NCBI RefSeq assembly: GCF_006345805.1
Contig: NC_043015.1
Location: 28,272,001 to 28,336,000 of the forward strand
Reading direction: 5' to 3'
DNA: 64,000 nt
Source of the DNA: Octopus sinensis
Lineage: Eukaryota
Each line of letters opens with the position of its first letter. The first letter of the stretch is position 1. Position numbers and translations under genes: made by a program. The notes beneath the pieces are model-generated. The model was not told the DNA's origin and did no database searches. It saw only the letters and a list, made by a program, of their open reading frames with translations. Shown in pieces: positions 62,010 through 64,000 of this stretch.

Positions 62010-62900
62010 GACGGCAAGCTGTTAGAATCGTTAGCAGGCCGGGTGAAATGCTTAACCGTATTTCGTCTGCTGTTACGTTCTGAGTTCAAATTCCGCCGAA
62101 GTCGACTTTGATTTTCATCCTTTCAGGGTCGATAAATAAAGTACCAGTTACGCACTGCGGGTCGATGTAATCGACATAATCCCTTTGCCTGTCCTTGTTT
62201 GTCCTCTCTATGTTTAGCCCCTTGTGGTCAATAAAGAAATAGGTATTTCGTCTGCCGTTACGTTCTAAGTTTAAATGTTGCCGTGGTCGACTTTGCCTTT
62301 CATCCTTTCTGGGTCGATAAATTAAGTACCAGTTACGCACTGGGGTCGATGTAATCGACTTAATCCCTTTGTCTGTGCTTGTTTGTCCTCTCTATGTTTA
62401 GCCCCTTGTGGGCAGTAAAGAAATATGTATTTATAAAATGGTGGGAGGGAGTATCTGGGAGAAAAGGTAAGACAGTAGCGATGGATTACCGGACCAGATA
62501 ATCATTGCTTTCATTATTCTAGCATTGGGTCGTCACTATGTTCGATGTTCAAATTTCGCCAAGGTCGACTTCACCTTTCATTCCTTCAGGGTCGATTAAA
62601 TAAGTACCTATTTCTTTAATACCCACAAAGGGCTAAACACAGAGGGGACAAACAAGGACAGACAAATGGACTAAGTTGATACATCGACCCCTTGCGCAAC
62701 TGGTACTTAATTTATCGACCCCGAAAAGATGAAAGGCAAAGTCGACTTTGGCGGGATTTGAACTCAGAACGTAATGGTAGACGAAATACCGCTAAGCATT
62801 TCGCCCGGCGTGCTAACGTTTCTGCCAGCTCGCCGCCTTATTTTTTCAGGGTCGATTAAATAAGTACCAGTTACGCACTGGGGTTGATGTAATCAACTTA
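62010..62900. mobile_element. Cluster of SINE-B copies (plus tandem 62010-62430; minus 62605-62840; fragments)
   Basis: SINE-B consensus in both orientations. Confidence 0.85.
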
Positions 62901-63196
62901 ATCTCCTCCCCCCAAGCTGCCCTTGTGAAAATCTGAAGTCATTGTTTTAGTATTGACCTTCTGATGTTTGCACAGATGAAAGAAGATTGTGCAACCTGTC
63001 GTGACATGTCCTGAAGCTTGGCTGCATTTTTGTTGTTAACTGCGAGCATGCGACACCACTGTATTGATAGCAAGGCTGTTTTGTTTACAGTTTGTGGACA
63101 TGTAAAAACAGGAAATGTACAAACTCACACAAACATGCATGCACACACACACACACATATACATTTTCTCTCTCTTTCTCTCTCCCTATATATATA

Positions 63197-63845
63197 GTCG
63201 CAGGGGTGGCTGTGTGGTAAGTAGCCTGCTTACGAACCACATGGTTCTCATCATCATTGTTCGACCGTGGTCAAGACAATGGGATTTACTATGCTACGCC
63301 AGACTTCATGGTCCATCATAGCACTACGGAGGTCCTGTTGCTGGATGCCTGTATCCCTGGAGATTACATCAGGGTAGGAGAGTGTGCACCCTCTGGTATT
63401 GTGAGTAGATGGCTTCCAGAGAAGAAGAGTAGAAATTACCTCGTTTTCAGCTCTATAACAATGTCCAGTCAACTGGACTCTCCTACCTTTCACATGGTTC
63501 TGGGTTCAGTCCCACTGTGTGGAACCTTGGGCAAGTGTCGTCTACTATAGCTTTGGGCCGACCAAAGCCTTGTGAGTGGATTTGGTAGACGGAAACTGAA
63601 AGAAGCCCGTCGTATATATATATATGCATGTGTGTGTATATGTTTGTGTGTCTGTGTTTGTCCCCCCAACATCGCTTGACAACCGATGCTGGTGTGTTTA
63701 CATCCCCGTAAATTAGCGGTTCAGCAAAAGAGACCGATAGAATAAGTACTAGGCTTACAAAGAGTAAGTCCTGGGGGTCGATTTGCTCGACTAAAGGCAG
63801 TGCCCCAGCATGGCCACAGTCAAGTGACTGAAACAAGTAAAAGAA
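63197..63845 (+). mobile_element. SINE-A interrupted in its tRNA head by an RTE fragment
   Basis: SINE-A head 63197-63248 resumes at 63491. Confidence 0.9.
63249..63490 (-). mobile_element. RTE-clade LINE 3' end with an 11-bp TSD
   Basis: RRVQLTGHCYRAENEVISTLLLWKP...YPDVISRDTG...DLRSAMMDHEVWRSIV; (ATG)n tail; TSD cacatggttct at 63238-63248 and 63491-63501. Confidence 0.88.
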
Positions 63846-64000
63846 AAAGAGACCAAGCTGTTTCTTCCGGAAGCACACGTGCTTATTTCATTACGACAAT
63901 CAACGTGTAAACCATTAGTTGCTGTTGTGCGTTAATCAAAATACTTATTAAAACTGAAAAATTATGGAAATCTTATTTGCAGAGTTATTTGTATAACAAA

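Overview
AT-rich eukaryotic, almost entirely non-coding DNA. The repeat families look like those I recall from Octopus genomes; this is pattern recognition, not a database match. There is a 100-N scaffold gap at 46236-46335, so linkage across it is uncertain. I recognise no host protein-coding exon, and the long ORFs in the track are microsatellite or SINE artefacts. Contents: (1) about 30 copies or fragments of a ~420-bp tRNA-headed SINE (SINE-A, two subfamilies); (2) a second tRNA-headed SINE (SINE-B) that tends to form internal ~187-bp tandem repeats; (3) a (GAT)n-tailed retroposon (family C) with internal ~61-bp hairpin repeats; (4) 3' ends of RTE, RTE-BovB-like and CR1 LINEs; (5) a colinear Ty3/Gypsy pol fossil scattered over 14.7-22.3 kb; (6) mariner remnants, plus hAT, piggyBac-like and Merlin-like MITEs and a Helitron. 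Two TE-poor blocks (about 35.8-42.8 kb and 48.3-59 kb) carry candidate promoters and non-coding exons on both strands. The most striking signal is a set of unrelated 130-550 bp elements, nearly all sitting in (TA)n microsatellites. Several form head-to-head palindromes and carry type I hammerhead-ribozyme motifs. One motif is near-canonical (38343-38397); the others are minimal or variant motifs of the dimer-dependent kind known from Penelope-like elements and retrozymes. Coordinates were counted by eye and may be off by a few bases.
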